The notes under the pieces are model-generated. The model searched no databases. It saw only the letters and a program-made list of their open reading frames with translations, and was not told the origin of the DNA. A DNA stretch of 64,000 nt from Tubiluchus corallicola (lineage: Eukaryota; Animalia; Priapulida), in assembly GCA_030141605.1 (NCBI GenBank), contig JAQGDQ010000380.1:62001-126000 (forward strand). The letters are read 5' to 3'. Positions 37,839 through 51,098 of the stretch are shown here, in pieces (within the stretch, counting starts at the first letter, position 1; every line of letters starts with the position of its first letter). A program made the position numbers and the translations under genes.

Positions 37839-38704
37839 GTTGAAATCATAGTAATTAACGTAAGATTCTGACCTCCAGGCTTTGAAATTGATCAGAATTA
37901 TGAATAAAGATGCTTACCTAGGCCTATGTAATGCTACTGGACAGAGAATAATTCCCAAATATCCATGTTCTCTGGTCATGAAATTGTTGATATATTTCAT
38001 TTTCCCTGATTTTATTTCACCATTTCGTTATCCTGAACAATATGAGAGTTTCCATCTGTGAACCAATGCAGTTTGTGAGCAGTTTACGGTAAAGAAACCT
38101 CGTATTATGTACTTTCGAATCTTGATTTCCTTTCCTATCGTTTTATTGACTTTTTTAGCCATTTCCTGTGTATTTAGTGAAATTTATTATTTGACACATT
38201 CCAACGATAAAATCTTTATTACATGCCAGCGTTAATATTACACAGCATAAGCAATCTTTCCCGATAAGGTTGCTTTTGTAATAGTGGACGATATGCTTTG
38301 CACGCTTGTGACCATGCAGTCTTGGCGACATTTGCTGCTAATGTTTGATTATTTAAAAATCATCTAGGTTTTCAAATCATAGTATGCTTTCTCCGATCAT
38401 GCAATCCGAAGATTGTATGCATGGGGGGTTTTGTATGCAAACACATTTAAACTGACATTACTCTACAAGTTCATAACTATTGCACTTGTCACGTGATGAA
38501 TCATTGTTTTAAAACATCATTTACATGTACAAATCAAAGTACTGAAAACTTTTGCGTCATGCAGCAGTAGTGATTTGGTAAAGAGACGTTTGTTAAGGAT
38601 CGGAAACATTTCTAACTGTATACAATTTAAGCAAACGCTTGATATTTCCCAGAAATAGTGAACAATTAAAATCAATTTTTTATTATAGGCGCTTAAAGGC
38701 ATTT

Positions 38705-38966
38705 ATAATTAAAACACTACAACTTTATTAAAACTTTTAATTTACATACCTAAAAATCATGTTAGACATTTCGACAGCACTACTGGTGTGTTCGTCAGTG
38801 GTAAATTTTTACAGACATAACCAGTTACTGTAGCCCTGTCTATATAAACTGGTCGTTTGTAAAAATTTACCACTGCAGATGACAGCAGTTTCTCTGTCGA
38901 AATGTTTAACATGATTTTTAACTATGTAAATTAAAAGTTTTAATAAAGTTGTAGTGTTTTAACTAT
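38705..38966. repeat. ~260-bp imperfect palindrome, Penelope-like
   Basis: Arms ataattaaaacactacaactttattaaaacttttaatttacata... / ...tatgtaaattaaaagttttaataaagttgtagtgttttaactat; CTGACGA..GAAA motif on minus strand. Confidence 0.85.
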
Positions 38967-39795
38967 GAACAATTAAAATTGCCATTTATTAATATATTTT
39001 TTCTTCAGTAATATTTACTGTATAATCACGGTCATAAGAAGATAATATATGTTTAGCCTGTAAAGTATCCAACTTAGATCAGGCCCAAACATTGTATGAA
39101 TTGTGTCCACAGCTGTTTATTTGCAGTTTCATCATATTGAAATTATCAAATATAAAAGAGTTTTGGTCACCTATTTTAAATTTGTTGTGACATTATTTTA
39201 GTGTAGTACAGCTTGTAGTCTGTGTTCAATTGTTCATCATGTCAGAATGTTGCTTTGTAAGATTTAAGAAAATTGCCTTCTGTATTGATAAAGCTTGTAC
39301 TTAAAGTGATATTAAACTTTTATCTTTAGATTAGCTTACTTAAGCTGTTTGTCTGGTGTTATTTTCTTACAATTGTAAAAACACATTGAGGAAACGCAGT
39401 TACGCGGTTTTAACTCCTTCAGGACTGTAAGCGTTTACTGCATTTTGCCTGGTTTCATGAAAAACTGCTCTCACTAAGCAGCGATTACGCCTCGCACAAT
39501 TGGAATTTTATGCAAAATTATATATGAAATGCATTTGCTTACCTTAGACAAATTAAAAATTGATTTTTGACCAAAAAACGGAAAAAAAGTTTTCAGTAGG
39601 TTGCAGTGTTCGTATTGTAACAAAGTACAGTATCACTTGTGTGAATATCTAGCAGCTCAAACCAAATACCTTTTACACTGTTTAATGATAAATAGATTAT
39701 TTTATTAACAATAACAATAATACTATTACAGTCTTAGCAAATTCACTTGCCGATTGAATATTATTATGTGTTAATGTTATCCTGCCTCTGGTATA

Positions 39796-40189
39796 CAGGG
39801 TTCCCACGGTCAGGAAAAATCCTTGAAAATGTAGGTTATCCTGGAAAGTCACAGAAAGGTCAGGGAAAATGATGAAAATGGGGCGAAAATTCAGGAAAAT
39901 CGGAAAGGGTTGCAAAAATAATCAACCCGAATCGATATTTTTCCAAACATATTTTTCAGCGATTCGTGTTCAAATAAAATTTTGTTATGACAGGTTCCCA
40001 GTTTCGATTTCTGTTCTAAAATAATGATTGACGGACACATTATATAACAGTATATGTATCAATGTCCATACACAAAAATGTTTGAACATGTATACTGGTG
40101 ATGCAATTTCTGCTTATCTTGGTCATGGAAAATCAATATTTGGTCATGGAAAGGTCAGGCAAATTTATTTTAAATTCGGCGAGAACCTT
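39796..40189. mobile_element. TIR element (CAGGGTT family)
   Basis: Starts cagggttcccacggtcaggaaa, ends gcgagaaccttg; homologous to 31297-31737. Confidence 0.78.
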
Positions 40190-40310
40190 GGTTACCAAAG
40201 TAATGCTATTGATTGACATTTGGGCTAGTATGCATTTGATAGCATTTTTGCATCAAAAGGTTAATGGGAGATGTCTAGTATGAAGTAACGCGTGGACGAC
40301 ACCTGTGTTA

Positions 40311-40471
40311 TCAAACGATGATGTTGGTTGATACTGATCGTACAATATGATTGCATCTCTGTTCATCGGTTGAGTTTGGACAGTGACTGATGCCGTCACA
40401 AATGTGCTCAAGAAAAATACACGTCTTCATGTCGCCACACTTTATCTTCTCTGGAGGACAAGAAAAACTTT
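40311..40471 (-). CDS. Secreted LDLa-repeat protein, exon 7 (LDLa #5, stop)
   Basis: gtttcag|AA AGT TTT...; (E)SFSCPPEKIKCGDMKTCIFLEHICDGISHCPNSTDEQRCNHIVRSVSTNIIV*; six Cys plus TDE motif. Confidence 0.9.
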
Positions 40472-40599
40472 CTGAAACGCAGACAAATTGTGAATGCATT
40501 AGTTTTTAGTTTGGAGCGTAAGAGCACTAATCCCCACCCCCCAAACCTCAAGCATCCTTAAAGTGGACCCATCCAGCAGCAATCTTCAAACAATATCAG

Positions 40600-40880
40600 C
40601 TGGTAATAAGCCTTTTTACAGTTCCAGCAATTGATGATGATCGTGAAAAGGTCACATGTTAAGTGTACCAGACAACGCATTTGTGTACAACTGACAACGC
40701 CTCGCAGCCCGTGTTATTGTAACAGTTTTAACAGCTAGCTAGAACCAGTTAGCTAGAACCAGTTTTAACAGCTAGCTAGAACCAGTTTTAAAAGCTAGCT
40801 AGAACCTTGCCTAGTTCATTTTTTCTTGTTAACAAGATCGTGCTAGTGAATCACTCTACGCACAGACTAATGCGTAATTA
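40600..40880. mobile_element. Dispersed repeat (inverted copy at ~55628-55852)
   Basis: aataagcctttttacagttccagcaattgatgatgat...cacagactaatgc matches the reverse complement of ~55628-55852. Confidence 0.75.
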
Positions 40881-41138
40881 AGTGAAGCTCCCGTAATACA
40901 ACTGAAGTTACTGAACTGATGCAGTAGACGGATTTGCTTTGCCCACACGCCACATGAGGTTGTAGTTAAGATGCGTTGCTGTGGTACAGTTTACTTTTGA
41001 CCTACAGCAACTGCACGTGAGCATAACAAAACTGTGAAGACTTATTAATGATATCATTAATTATATTATGACTGTGAATGCTACAATGTACATGATACCA
41101 TTACAGCTTATTTCATTACTATGAATTGAAGAAAGAAC

Positions 41139-41210
41139 GGACTGGTAGCTCATCTGGCAGAGCATGGAAGTTATAATCGCAGGTCTCCGGTTCAAGCCCC
41201 TCTTGGTACA
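41139..41210 (+). pseudogene. tRNA-like sequence (SINE head or tRNA pseudogene)
   Basis: A-box-like TAGCTCATCTGGCAG and B-box GGTTCAAGCC at tRNA spacing; acceptor and anticodon stems do not pair well. Confidence 0.6.
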
Positions 41211-42514
41211 TAATTTTTCAGCATCTCTATTCTTCAACTCATTACCCGCAATGGGTAATAATTGTTGTGAAATAAATTGCAATGGGATATGAACATTCTG
41301 ACAGTCACATTCATAATTAGGAGTGAGCATCGAGTGAACATAGTTCATAGTTCGAATTCGATTCGAACGAGTTTTTTTTTAGTTCGAATTAGAATCGAAC
41401 CTAAAACTATAGATTTGAATAATTCAGCACTTCAACCACATACGTTCTTCATCATTAAAACGTTTGAAACATCATGTAATCAGCATAATTTAGCTGTGAT
41501 TTCTTTGCACAAGTTTTAAACAAATTATTAGTAGTTTTACTGCAGAACAGTCTTTTAATGTGCATGATCTTTGTAAGACTAATTTTTGTTGGTAGTTCGA
41601 AAACTTATTCGAATTTGAAACACTGAAATTCGGTTTGATTGAAATTCGCTTTCTGGTAGAGAGTAATCTAGTGTCGTGCCATTGGGGGTTTATTTTTCGA
41701 ATTGGGTGCCATCGGGAGGAACGGGGGGGGCAAAAAACCTCCAAAAAATGGCCGTTTTTTTTGCAAAAAATTGCAAAACTTATACCCCTGAGTTCTGGAG
41801 AGCGGGAACGGGCCATGGGTGGCGCTGGCTATGAATAGATAGCCCGTTCAGCGGTGGGTGTAGTCGGCGTATTTAGAATTCGCGAGAGGGTCACGGCGCC
41901 CCTGCAACGGGCGTTTTCCCGGACCCAACTCGCAATTTTTCGAAATTTTGACCAAACGGCATGCGGAAAAAACGTTCTAGCGGCGCCTGGTGGGAATCTC
42001 GGAAGGAGATATACGGCTCTTTAGAAAGAGGAAGAACAGGGCTACACGGTGATGTGAGCTATATTTTAGGACACGTCCACCAAAAGGAGTGCCGATGAGT
42101 TAATTAGATGTTCTATTTTCGGCAATTTTCGTGTCCAATCTTGGAAAACTGCTGATGCAAAGCCATTGTTGTGACGTCATGCATTATACGCTCCCTATAG
42201 CTTTAATTCAGTAAAAGCTGGTGACTGCTAGATAAACAAACACTAGGTAGAATGTTCGCGCATTGTTGATTATAAGTGTATTTATGCGCAAATTTTTTTG
42301 CGGGGCTTTTGCTAGTAATCTAATTAATAGGCTATTGTTCAAGAAGTTTTGTGCAGTTTGACGCACACAGAAATGACTTTCTACAAGGTCAGACAATGTT
42401 TTGCCTGGCTAGAAATAGGTTGCTACACGATTACATGGTAACTAAGCAGTGGATTATGACTTGAGTAGATTTGAGGCAGTTTGGTACACGTTTACATAGT
42501 AGATCATAACTCAC

Positions 42515-42706
42515 CACAATTTACTTCATCGCTGCCATCTTGACAAGCATTAAAGCCATCACATCTTAAATAGTTTAAGTAACAATGCTGGTTGTCGTGA
42601 CAGGGCGTTGAAACACCGGGTATGCATTCATGTTGCCATGGTGACGGTGATTCACGATCTATTTCACCCGACTCGTCGGTCGCTGCCTTTGATCTTTTAT
42701 TGTTAT
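42515..42706 (-). CDS. Secreted LDLa-repeat protein, exon 6 (linker + LDLa #4)
   Basis: tatcatag|AT AAC...TGT G|gtgagt; (D)NNKRSKAATDESGEIDRESPSPWQHECIPGVSTPCHDNQHCYLNYLRCDGFNACQDGSDEVNC; 192 nt, phase 1-1. Confidence 0.92.
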
Positions 42707-43354
42707 CTATGATACAAGTACAAGTGTAGTAAACTGCTGATAGGTAGTCTTACGTTTTCACTTTAGATCTGTGAACTTATCAAGGGCATCAGTTCAATTA
42801 AAATAAAAATTATTTCAAGTTGCAAGAAATTGCTTCGCAAAACAGAACATTTCACTATCAGTTTGGTGACAAAGGTCCTGTATCCAACAACCTATTAGCT
42901 ACTTTCACGAGCATTAGCATTGTATGGCTCTTGAGTTTAAGTGGATTCAAAATTTATTATGATTGTTCTTAATATAACCTATTTATACCACCTACTTTCG
43001 GATGGCAAAAAAAGTTTATCTTAACTGAGTTTGACATTATAAGTATAACAAAGTGCATTAGTATGTACATGTCTATGCAAATATAGATATTTTGTTTTGC
43101 CAAAAAAACATGGGCGTTAAACGAGACTGACATTATAAAGGATATATACATATATATATATATATATATATCCTTTATAATGTCAGTCTTGTTATATATA
43201 TATATATATACAAACATATGACGAGATCTGGTTGTATTATTATTTATAGGATCTATTTTGCAAGTTTTCATGTTCGACTATTAACGTTTTACCGAAGCTT
43301 TAATCTAAATCATCAATTTTGAGTCTAGTCGCTAGCCAGACTATATCTACTTAC

Positions 43355-43474
43355 CACAGTTTAATTCATCTGAGCCATCAATACAATCGATAATTGAATC
43401 ACATCGATAATTAGAATCGAAACACTGAATGTTGTTATCGCATTTCTCATAACCTTGTAGGCACTCGTGTTGCT
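43355..43474 (-). CDS. Secreted LDLa-repeat protein, exon 5 (LDLa #3)
   Basis: attttcag|AG CAA...TGT G|gtaagt; (E)QHECLQGYEKCDNNIQCFDSNYRCDSIIDCIDGSDELNC; 120 nt, phase 1-1. Confidence 0.95.
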
Positions 43475-44328
43475 CTGAAAATGTTAGTGACTGTTCATCA
43501 AAGCATCGTGAGAGTAAATGATCTAAACGCCAGAAATCCAACTTAAAAATTTGATCATTTCATGTTGTATGGGCTTGGCTTAATCATTAAAATGTGTAAA
43601 AAATTTCTTCTGTTTTAACAGACGTTTACACAAAACTAGAAGTCGCACACTGTCAAGATCCGAAATCGATCGCCTGTCACAATAATTCGTATTTATTTCA
43701 CGCTTTTTTATTCACATTTATTTCTGTATAAAAAGTACCATAGGACAACGAACAAAATTTAATGGTTTTGTTGCTTTATATCGACGTATGCAGATAAATG
43801 TAAACACCCAAGGAGCAAACAGCACTAATTTATCTTATTATTAAGTTTATCGAATTGAAACGTAGAAAAATATAACAAAGAAATTTGCGCAAAAAACTGT
43901 CTATAAAGCATAAAGTTAATTTATACTACCATTGTATAGGAATTTTCACGCGCGTTGATAGCCATCATTCGCTTTAGAATTGTGACGTAACTGGTGGACT
44001 TTTTGTGAGCTCACGCTGCATAAACTAATTCAAATGCATAAACTAACCCAAGAGTGCAATGATCGCATTTTTAAAGTGATTTTACTAATTACGCGATGCA
44101 CTTATCACACTTTTATTGCTAAAATATTTAATACTTCTAACATTATTCGCGAATATTAAAATAAGCCCAAGTTTCTAAATGGCCTTTCTTTTAACTAACT
44201 ATCTGAAATTCGTTTTTTGCACACTTAAAATTTTTGTACAAACGTAAAACTGAAATGAGAATTAAGTCTGTATATCTGAAAAGTTCAAGTTACTGTGAAG
44301 CAAATGAAAACAAAAATGATTAATTTAC

Positions 44329-44448
44329 CACATTCTGATTCGTCAGAAGCGTCTGCACAGTCAACATAGCCATCACACAACCATTCCTTCATTATACATT
44401 CCTTATTATCTGCACATTTGACTAAACCAAGTTGACATTTATGGGCTC
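44329..44448 (-). CDS. Secreted LDLa-repeat protein, exon 4 (LDLa #2)
   Basis: ttttttgcag|GA GCC...TGT G|gtaaat; (R)[39 protein letters not shown]; 120 nt, phase 1-1. Not in the ORF track. Confidence 0.95.
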
Positions 44449-44555
44449 CTGCAAAAAATGTATCATTTTTATTAATTTGAGGTTATTTCCGCCATTGCGT
44501 CTTTATGTGACCTTTGACATATTACGTAACACTTGCTTTCTTATATTTTCTTTTC

Positions 44556-44923
44556 TGTTGTGGAGATCGCTGGCATCTGTTAGAATTAAATAGAACATTG
44601 TAGAATGTTCCATTAGAATAATCGCCTTACCTTGTAGAATGTTCTAGAGAGAAATGTCTAGAATGTTCCCGGGCACCCTATATAAGGCGAAGCAGGCCAC
44701 TGACAGACGCGCGCTGATTCACACGGGCGCCACTTACACATTCTCTTGTATACTTTGATTTTCAGATACACTTAAACGTTTTCCAGATTTTCACGTTTAC
44801 TGTAAACATTTCGCGTTCCTTCATACTTTGTGTTGTAGAATTCTCGCTTAATAAACTAGTTTAATTTAACGAAGTGTTTTCTGGTTTTCTCTACGAGCCT
44901 TCCGAGAGAAACAAAACACAACA
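44556..44923 (+). mobile_element. Solo LTR (BEL/Pao-like), copy 2
   Basis: TGTTGTG...CACAACA termini, 5-bp TSD TTTTC; internal TATATAA (~44680) and AATAAA (~44850) give the orientation. Confidence 0.88.
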
Positions 44924-45719
44924 TTTTCTCTTTCTATGACACATATCTTCTCACCTTTATCATAAGTCACTCTACTGTAATTGTTAACATTCTGCTTCAT
45001 TTAGTCACAGTTTTTATTTTCCCCACGTAGGTGGATTTATATTTGTGTGTGACCCTGGGTCAGAGGACGTGGGCCTATGTGACTGAATACGGGCAAGGTG
45101 TATATCTACATGGAAACATTTTCCGCCAGGGTGAAAAAAACAAAATTGGGGCTTGGGAAAATTTATTCTGTCATTATTGAGTAACACAACACTAACCCTG
45201 TCTATCCAGGCCATTCTCACCCACTGTTCCTCGCTGGCAACAACTACAATGTAAACCGTTCTATAGGCAAACCAGAAAGCTCGTATAATTGAAAGAAAAG
45301 ATTCATTTATAATTTTATATCATTCGAGAGTGCAGTATAGTGCGTTACGTCAAGATTTTGCAAAAAGATTTAACTCTGTTTCCCGAGACCAAAAACTAGC
45401 CAACAATTGACAAATGATAATTGACATACACACTGTTCTGAAATTATAATTTTTTTATTCCATTGCAATAAAATTACTCCCCAATGCCTTCATATAATTT
45501 TTACACGATCATACTAAAAGACTAATGCAAATAACGTAAGTTACCCACTAAGTATTTTAATTACTTTCATTTCAATACATTATAATTAAGTATAATTTCA
45601 ATTTCGTTACATCTTATTTAGTCTGTATTAAAACACCTTATTTGGTTTCCACAATTTTACTTTTACGTTAATTGAAATGAGTAATTAAATTGATTAACGT
45701 CGTGGAAGTTTTGACTTAC

Positions 45720-45908
45720 TGCATCGTTTTTCGTCGGAGTTATCACGACAATCCTTATTTCCGTCACATCTCTGTAACTCATCAATGCACCTCCCTCCAC
45801 TTACTGCCCTCCCTCGCAAACATCGAAATTCTTCTCTTTTGCACCTCGCCGGAGAAACTTGTGACGAGCCTTTAGTTACATCGAGTTCCATTGCTATTGC
45901 ATCGATCT
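45720..45908 (-). CDS. Secreted LDLa-repeat protein, exon 3 (LDLa #1)
   Basis: ttttgtacag|AG ATC...TGC A|gtaagt; (E)IDAIAMELDVTKGSSQVSPARCKREEFRCLRGRAVSGGRCIDELQRCDGNKDCRDNSDEKRC; 189 nt, phase 1-1. Confidence 0.93.
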
Positions 45909-45947
45909 CTGTACAAAATTAGTCAAACAGCCATAGATAGTACTCAT

Positions 45948-45959
45948 AGCAGCAGCAGC

Positions 45960-46039
<80 letters not shown>

Positions 46040-46103
46040 CAGTGGCAGTGGCAGTGGCGGTGGCGGTGGCGGTGTCGGTGGTTGTGGTGGCAGCGGCGGT
46101 GGC
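45948..46103. repeat. (AGC)(AGT)n/(GGC)n microsatellite
   Basis: Visible directly. Confidence 0.95.
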
Positions 46104-46497
46104 ATTAAATATAGTATATTAGGCAGTGTAATGATTAAGAAGGAAGCTCCAATTATTGTAGCATTTTTATTCACCAAAGACACGTCTACGCAGACAGTTC
46201 TAGACGGAGGTCTTCTAAGACTTTACAGAGCTGTAACACAGACAGATGCTGTCTTATTAGGCATTACAATCAGATTTAGCAATGTAACGTACGTCTAGAA
46301 CTGTCTGCGTAGACTACTTAATATATAATAGTAATTTGCATGTATCCACTACTAGGAATCAGCAATGCACGAACATTCCACTTTCGCTTGGCTGACAGCA
46401 AATCACATTATCTAAGGCGGTTTTGGACATAAGATGGATGTTGTTGTTCTACTAGTAATATGTCTCATTCCGTGTAACAAAAATCTTTGTCAATATA

Positions 46498-46669
46498 TAC
46501 TACTACTACTACTACTAGTACTACAACAACAACAACTACTACTACTACTAGTACTACAACAACAACAACTACTACTACTAGTAGTAGTAGTACTACAACA
46601 ACAACAACTACTACTACTAGTAGTACTACAACAACAACAACAACAACAACTACTACTACTACTGGTACT

Positions 46670-46736
<67 letters not shown>

Positions 46737-46764
46737 TTACTACTACTACTACTACTACTAGTAG

Positions 46765-46803
<39 letters not shown>
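46498..46803. repeat. (ACT)n/(ACA)n microsatellite
   Basis: Visible directly. Confidence 0.95.
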
Positions 46804-47472
46804 ATAAATTTTTAAGTAAAACAAATAAGAAGTCAGCATAGGACAAGCGACTAAATTGTGGGTTTAGTACAATTTACAGAATACGGAATAGTACAATTCA
46901 CTATACTGACGTATGCCTATGACATCATCATGACGTAAAAAACAATAGTTTGTTAATATCAGTTTTCCTACCACGTCCATTTAACTTGTTTTTTTACATT
47001 CTAATGTAAGCATATCAGGAAATTTCTGCAGCGCTCTGTTTGTTCTGCACAGCCACGCAGGGTCGGATGATGACGTATTGGGACCCCTATGATATTGAAA
47101 TTATGGGATAGATGGAGCCACCATCTAACAAATTCTTGATAATTTTTACTCGTGATATATTTTAGCCACAAATAAAACACAGGTTGAAGTAAACTTATTG
47201 CAAATCTTTAAATAAACTAGAATAGCCATCTTTTGTTTCTTACTAAAAATATTCTTTAAGAAATAGCATTATTTAATTGCAAATCAAATTAGCACATATT
47301 TCAACACAGCTCTAGTGAAAAGTAGACTTATACCAAACGTTACCACAGCTTAATGGGCTCCAGGTTGAGAGGCCCTAAGCTACAACCCATAGAATATCCG
47401 GCCCTGGTACAACCTGTCTGAAAGTGTCCGCGTTAAATTAAACCTTAGCTTGATTCTGCTTCCATAACTTAC

Positions 47473-47635
47473 CGTCTAGGATCCCAAAAATGGCCTCGAA
47501 GTCCAACTCCGGCTGTTTTCTGGGATATGTTGTAAGCTGGAATCCAGAATCCACTGACCGGGATGGTACTGGATCAGCATGTACCTGGATCAGTATCTTA
47601 ACAGCTACCATGGTTGCACAAATCCAGGTGTAAAC
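47473..47635 (-). CDS. Secreted LDLa-repeat protein, exon 2 (signal peptide remainder + N-terminal region)
   Basis: gtattacag|GTT TAC...GAC G|gtaagt; only phase 0 is open: VYTWICATMVAVKILIQVHADPVPSRSVDSGFQLTTYPRKQPELDFEAIFGILD; ends in phase 1, matching exon 3. Confidence 0.8.
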
Positions 47636-48466
47636 CTGTAATACGATGGATAAACATATTCCTAATATTTACTTACTCGCGAAGTCTAAGAGACCTAATC
47701 ATAACACGCTTATTGACGGTCTCTCCTCAACAATTTTTGTTCATTTTATTATTTTGATTATTAATTATTATTATCACATTCAGTACAATATAATGACATT
47801 AAGCACACAGTGACATCAAAATTATTACATCATACTGTATTAAATTGTTATGTTTCATACACTATCGTTATCATAAAAGAATAATTGTACTGCAGTGGGC
47901 TAGAGAAGTAAAGGCTTGTATAAGCCCACTGTCATGTGAACCCGATAAAAAAAGAATGGATGAGTGAACAAAAAAAAGACCTGGGAGAGGTCAGATGACA
48001 CAGGAAGGGTAGAAGGATGTGTTAGTGGAAATGGTAGGAAGAAAGATAGTAGATTGCGCTATGTTGACAGCAGCTCTAAAGATTTATCAATGATGCCTTG
48101 TTTTGCATAATCTGTACCAGGATTGTGGTATGACTGCTGCAGTAGGTGTGGGAAATTAGGAAGTGTTGTACTTGTTGAGAATCATTGCTCTGTATTTCTT
48201 TTTAAATTTTTGAATTGGCTGAACAGTTTTTAATTCATCATTTATGTCATTCTAAAACCTTGGACCAACATTTGCAATGTAGGTACGATTTACGAAATTT
48301 CAGCAGATTTGATGCGTCAACTGTTTCACTATTGAGTGAATTCCAACGGCCCACATCACGAGAAGAGAGGAAATGAGCTCTGATATTAGTGCGACAGTAT
48401 TGAACAAATAATTTAGAATTGTGTCCACGTAAATCACGTAGTGATCTGGAAAAAAAATTTCACTAC

Positions 48467-48704
48467 TGTTATGACCCGCCTGCCGATTTTAATTTAAGCG
48501 CCAGGTTGGCTTCTCACCTGTGTTCTGTACTTGCTTTTGACCTAGTTAGTTAGTTGTTATTGAGGTGGAAGTAATGTTGGCTGCTCAGGATGACAGCCCT
48601 GTGGTTTTGTTTTTGTGTTTACTGGCAATAAAAATGAAGTAATGTGGCAAATGCATCTCCGTTTATTCACCATGTTTTTGTGTAACCAATTCCAACTCAT
48701 AACA
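48467..48704 (+). mobile_element. Solo LTR (Gypsy-like)
   Basis: TGTTATGA...TCATAACA termini, 4-bp TSD CTAC (48463-48466 / 48705-48708), internal AATAAA at ~48628. Confidence 0.8.
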
Positions 48705-51098
48705 CTACGCAAAATAGAACTACCACTAATGACTTTATAACAGTTAATAAGATCTACAGTATCACAGGGTTGTTCAAGAAAAGATACAGAGTCAGATTGA
48801 GTATCAGAGGATAGACTAATACACCTCCATTCAAAAGCAGCGAATCAAGAATCAAAACTGTTAGACTGATGGAATATTGTATTGTGTGCGAACGTTGACG
48901 GAAATCATAAATCAACGCTTTTTTATTTATTTATTTATTAAATATATCCACAACGATCATTACAGCATTGTACATAAAAGTATTTAATAACATATTTATT
49001 ATTATGTACACAAGATGCCAAGCCGCAAATGACCCGTGGGGTACTTGAGAAGTAATTACTTGTTTAGAGCACCCCAAATGAATGTGGACTGAGTGTAATA
49101 GAAAAGAGCAGTAAAGGAGTAGAAAGAAAGGTTAATAGAGAATAGAAAGAAGGAGAAAGATGTGATGGTATCTGTATGAAGTAACGTGAACTATAGAAAT
49201 GTAAAAATTGACATAGCCAGCATCGCGATGGATGCCAACAGGGACAGCAGTGTAATTAATCAAATTGATTTATTCCGTATAATTAGAAAAGATTTCTTTT
49301 GAAGTTATTTATAGATAAAGAATTTTTATGTATTCGTTGATGTAAATACATTTTCGTAACGTACAATGAGAGAGTTTCAATGTCAAGACGTGTGAAACGG
49401 TGTTTTACAACCTTAATTTATTTATTTAAAATTCAAATGACAAACGATATTATTATTTGTTTAATATAGCTTCTCTTTTTCTGGCTACCAAAAGGGGTTG
49501 GATTTGAAAACATTTAGGCTTTTATGCAGAATGTCTTGGTTGATATGTTATGAATTTATTTTAGAAAGTTAAACCATTCATTAGGAAAATAAAATTGAAA
49601 TCAATTAATGAATAATTAGCATCTGAACGAAGATTATTCAGTTCAGGGAAAATGACTCACCCAGCTCGTATCTTGCATTTAATGTACGTATGAAAACATT
49701 TCGGACAACTGATTAATAATGGAAAATAAAGTAATAAGCAGATTAAGATGTAACTACAGGATAAACTCCATGAAATTTAAGAGGCGGTTGGCCTATATTG
49801 TTTCGGAATAGGATAAAGTTATAACTCATTACCATAGTCCACCGGCTACCTAGCTAATTAACAGGTGGTACCCCAATGTTCATGATTAAGAATACGATGT
49901 CCAAAACTCGATCGTGTGGGCAAGAGACAAGCTCCGAACCAATTTAGTAAACTTTAATTGCCTAATTAGCGATCGTACTAACATTTCATAAGTTGAAGTA
50001 ACAGATAGCTTAACTTATTGTGTACAAACATGCTTGCGTTTAAGAATTAGGCAATCGAACTCAAATAGTTGAACTACGACTGGCTGGCTAAAACATTAAA
50101 AACGGCTTGACCAAACAAATTATTCTTGTTTAACTAACATTTTTCTTTTATTCTTTCATTCAAAATCTCCAATTTATAAAATACAAGTACGTACGAAATA
50201 ATTACAAATACAAAAAGACCCGTCAATTTTCAGGGGAACTACATAAACACAGATAACCAGCGCCTACTTCTACTAAGCGAGGCCCGGTAAAGTGGAACGT
50301 GTGAGGCCCTCTCGGTGGGATTGGGGGGGGGGAGGGGGGGTGGCGCTACCATGGTTAGCGCCCAGAAAATTTTTGAACTGCTAGAACGCCGGAGAAGCAT
50401 TTTCGAAGAGAAAATAAGGAGTTATACAGTTGTTAAAGGAAAGAACAATTGAAAGAACAACTGCTTAGTCTTTAAGTCCAGTCCTTAATACTTGTCAAAT
50501 AGTCAAATCAAAAACAACATCTTTGCAATACGTAATACCGTATTCTCACTTCCGTACAAGCCATCTTCTGACTTTTTGTTTCGCAAAGTTATCAACCACC
50601 GCGGTGCGAGGCCCCCCTGGAGGGTGAGGCCCCGGGGAAGTATCCCCCCCCCCCTAAATAGGCCCTGTACATAACGTACACAAAGAGATCACACTAAAAC
50701 TCTTAAAACGTTCCTAAACTGCGCAAATTGAAAACATGCGCACATGAAAATCTTACTAAAATTGCAACACTTAGGCGGTCCTTTGCTCATAAAAGTTTTT
50801 GATTTTATTTGCTAGCACACCAAATTATCAAAAAAAATTATAGTTTTTTTTTAAATCACGCCGTTTTCACTGCACAGTAGCAAAAATGAAAGAATATAGG
50901 ATGTTCAGAAATTTAACGTTCTTGTTATTAAGAATGTTAAAACACTATAAGGCTTTGTTTAATTTTCTTAAGAGAAAAACAAAGTACTGATTACGCTGCG
51001 GAATTCAATTAGCTTACAAATCAAGAATCTCCTGATTTTCAACTAATTTTTTCTCAAAGAATTAGCCTAATTAGTAAACAGGTAGCTATATTCCTTAC

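Noticed and set aside
41139-41210. Functional tRNA gene
   Set aside because: A and B boxes are present but the cloverleaf stems do not pair.
47058-47406. Possible MITE with cagggtcggat / atccggccctg ends
   Set aside because: No TSD and no second copy in the window; not enough support.
49661-49708. 48-nt minus-strand exon-like segment with good splice sites in LDLa intron 1
   Set aside because: In the required phase 0 it contains TAA, so it was left out of the model; it could be a pseudo-exon or a rare poison exon.
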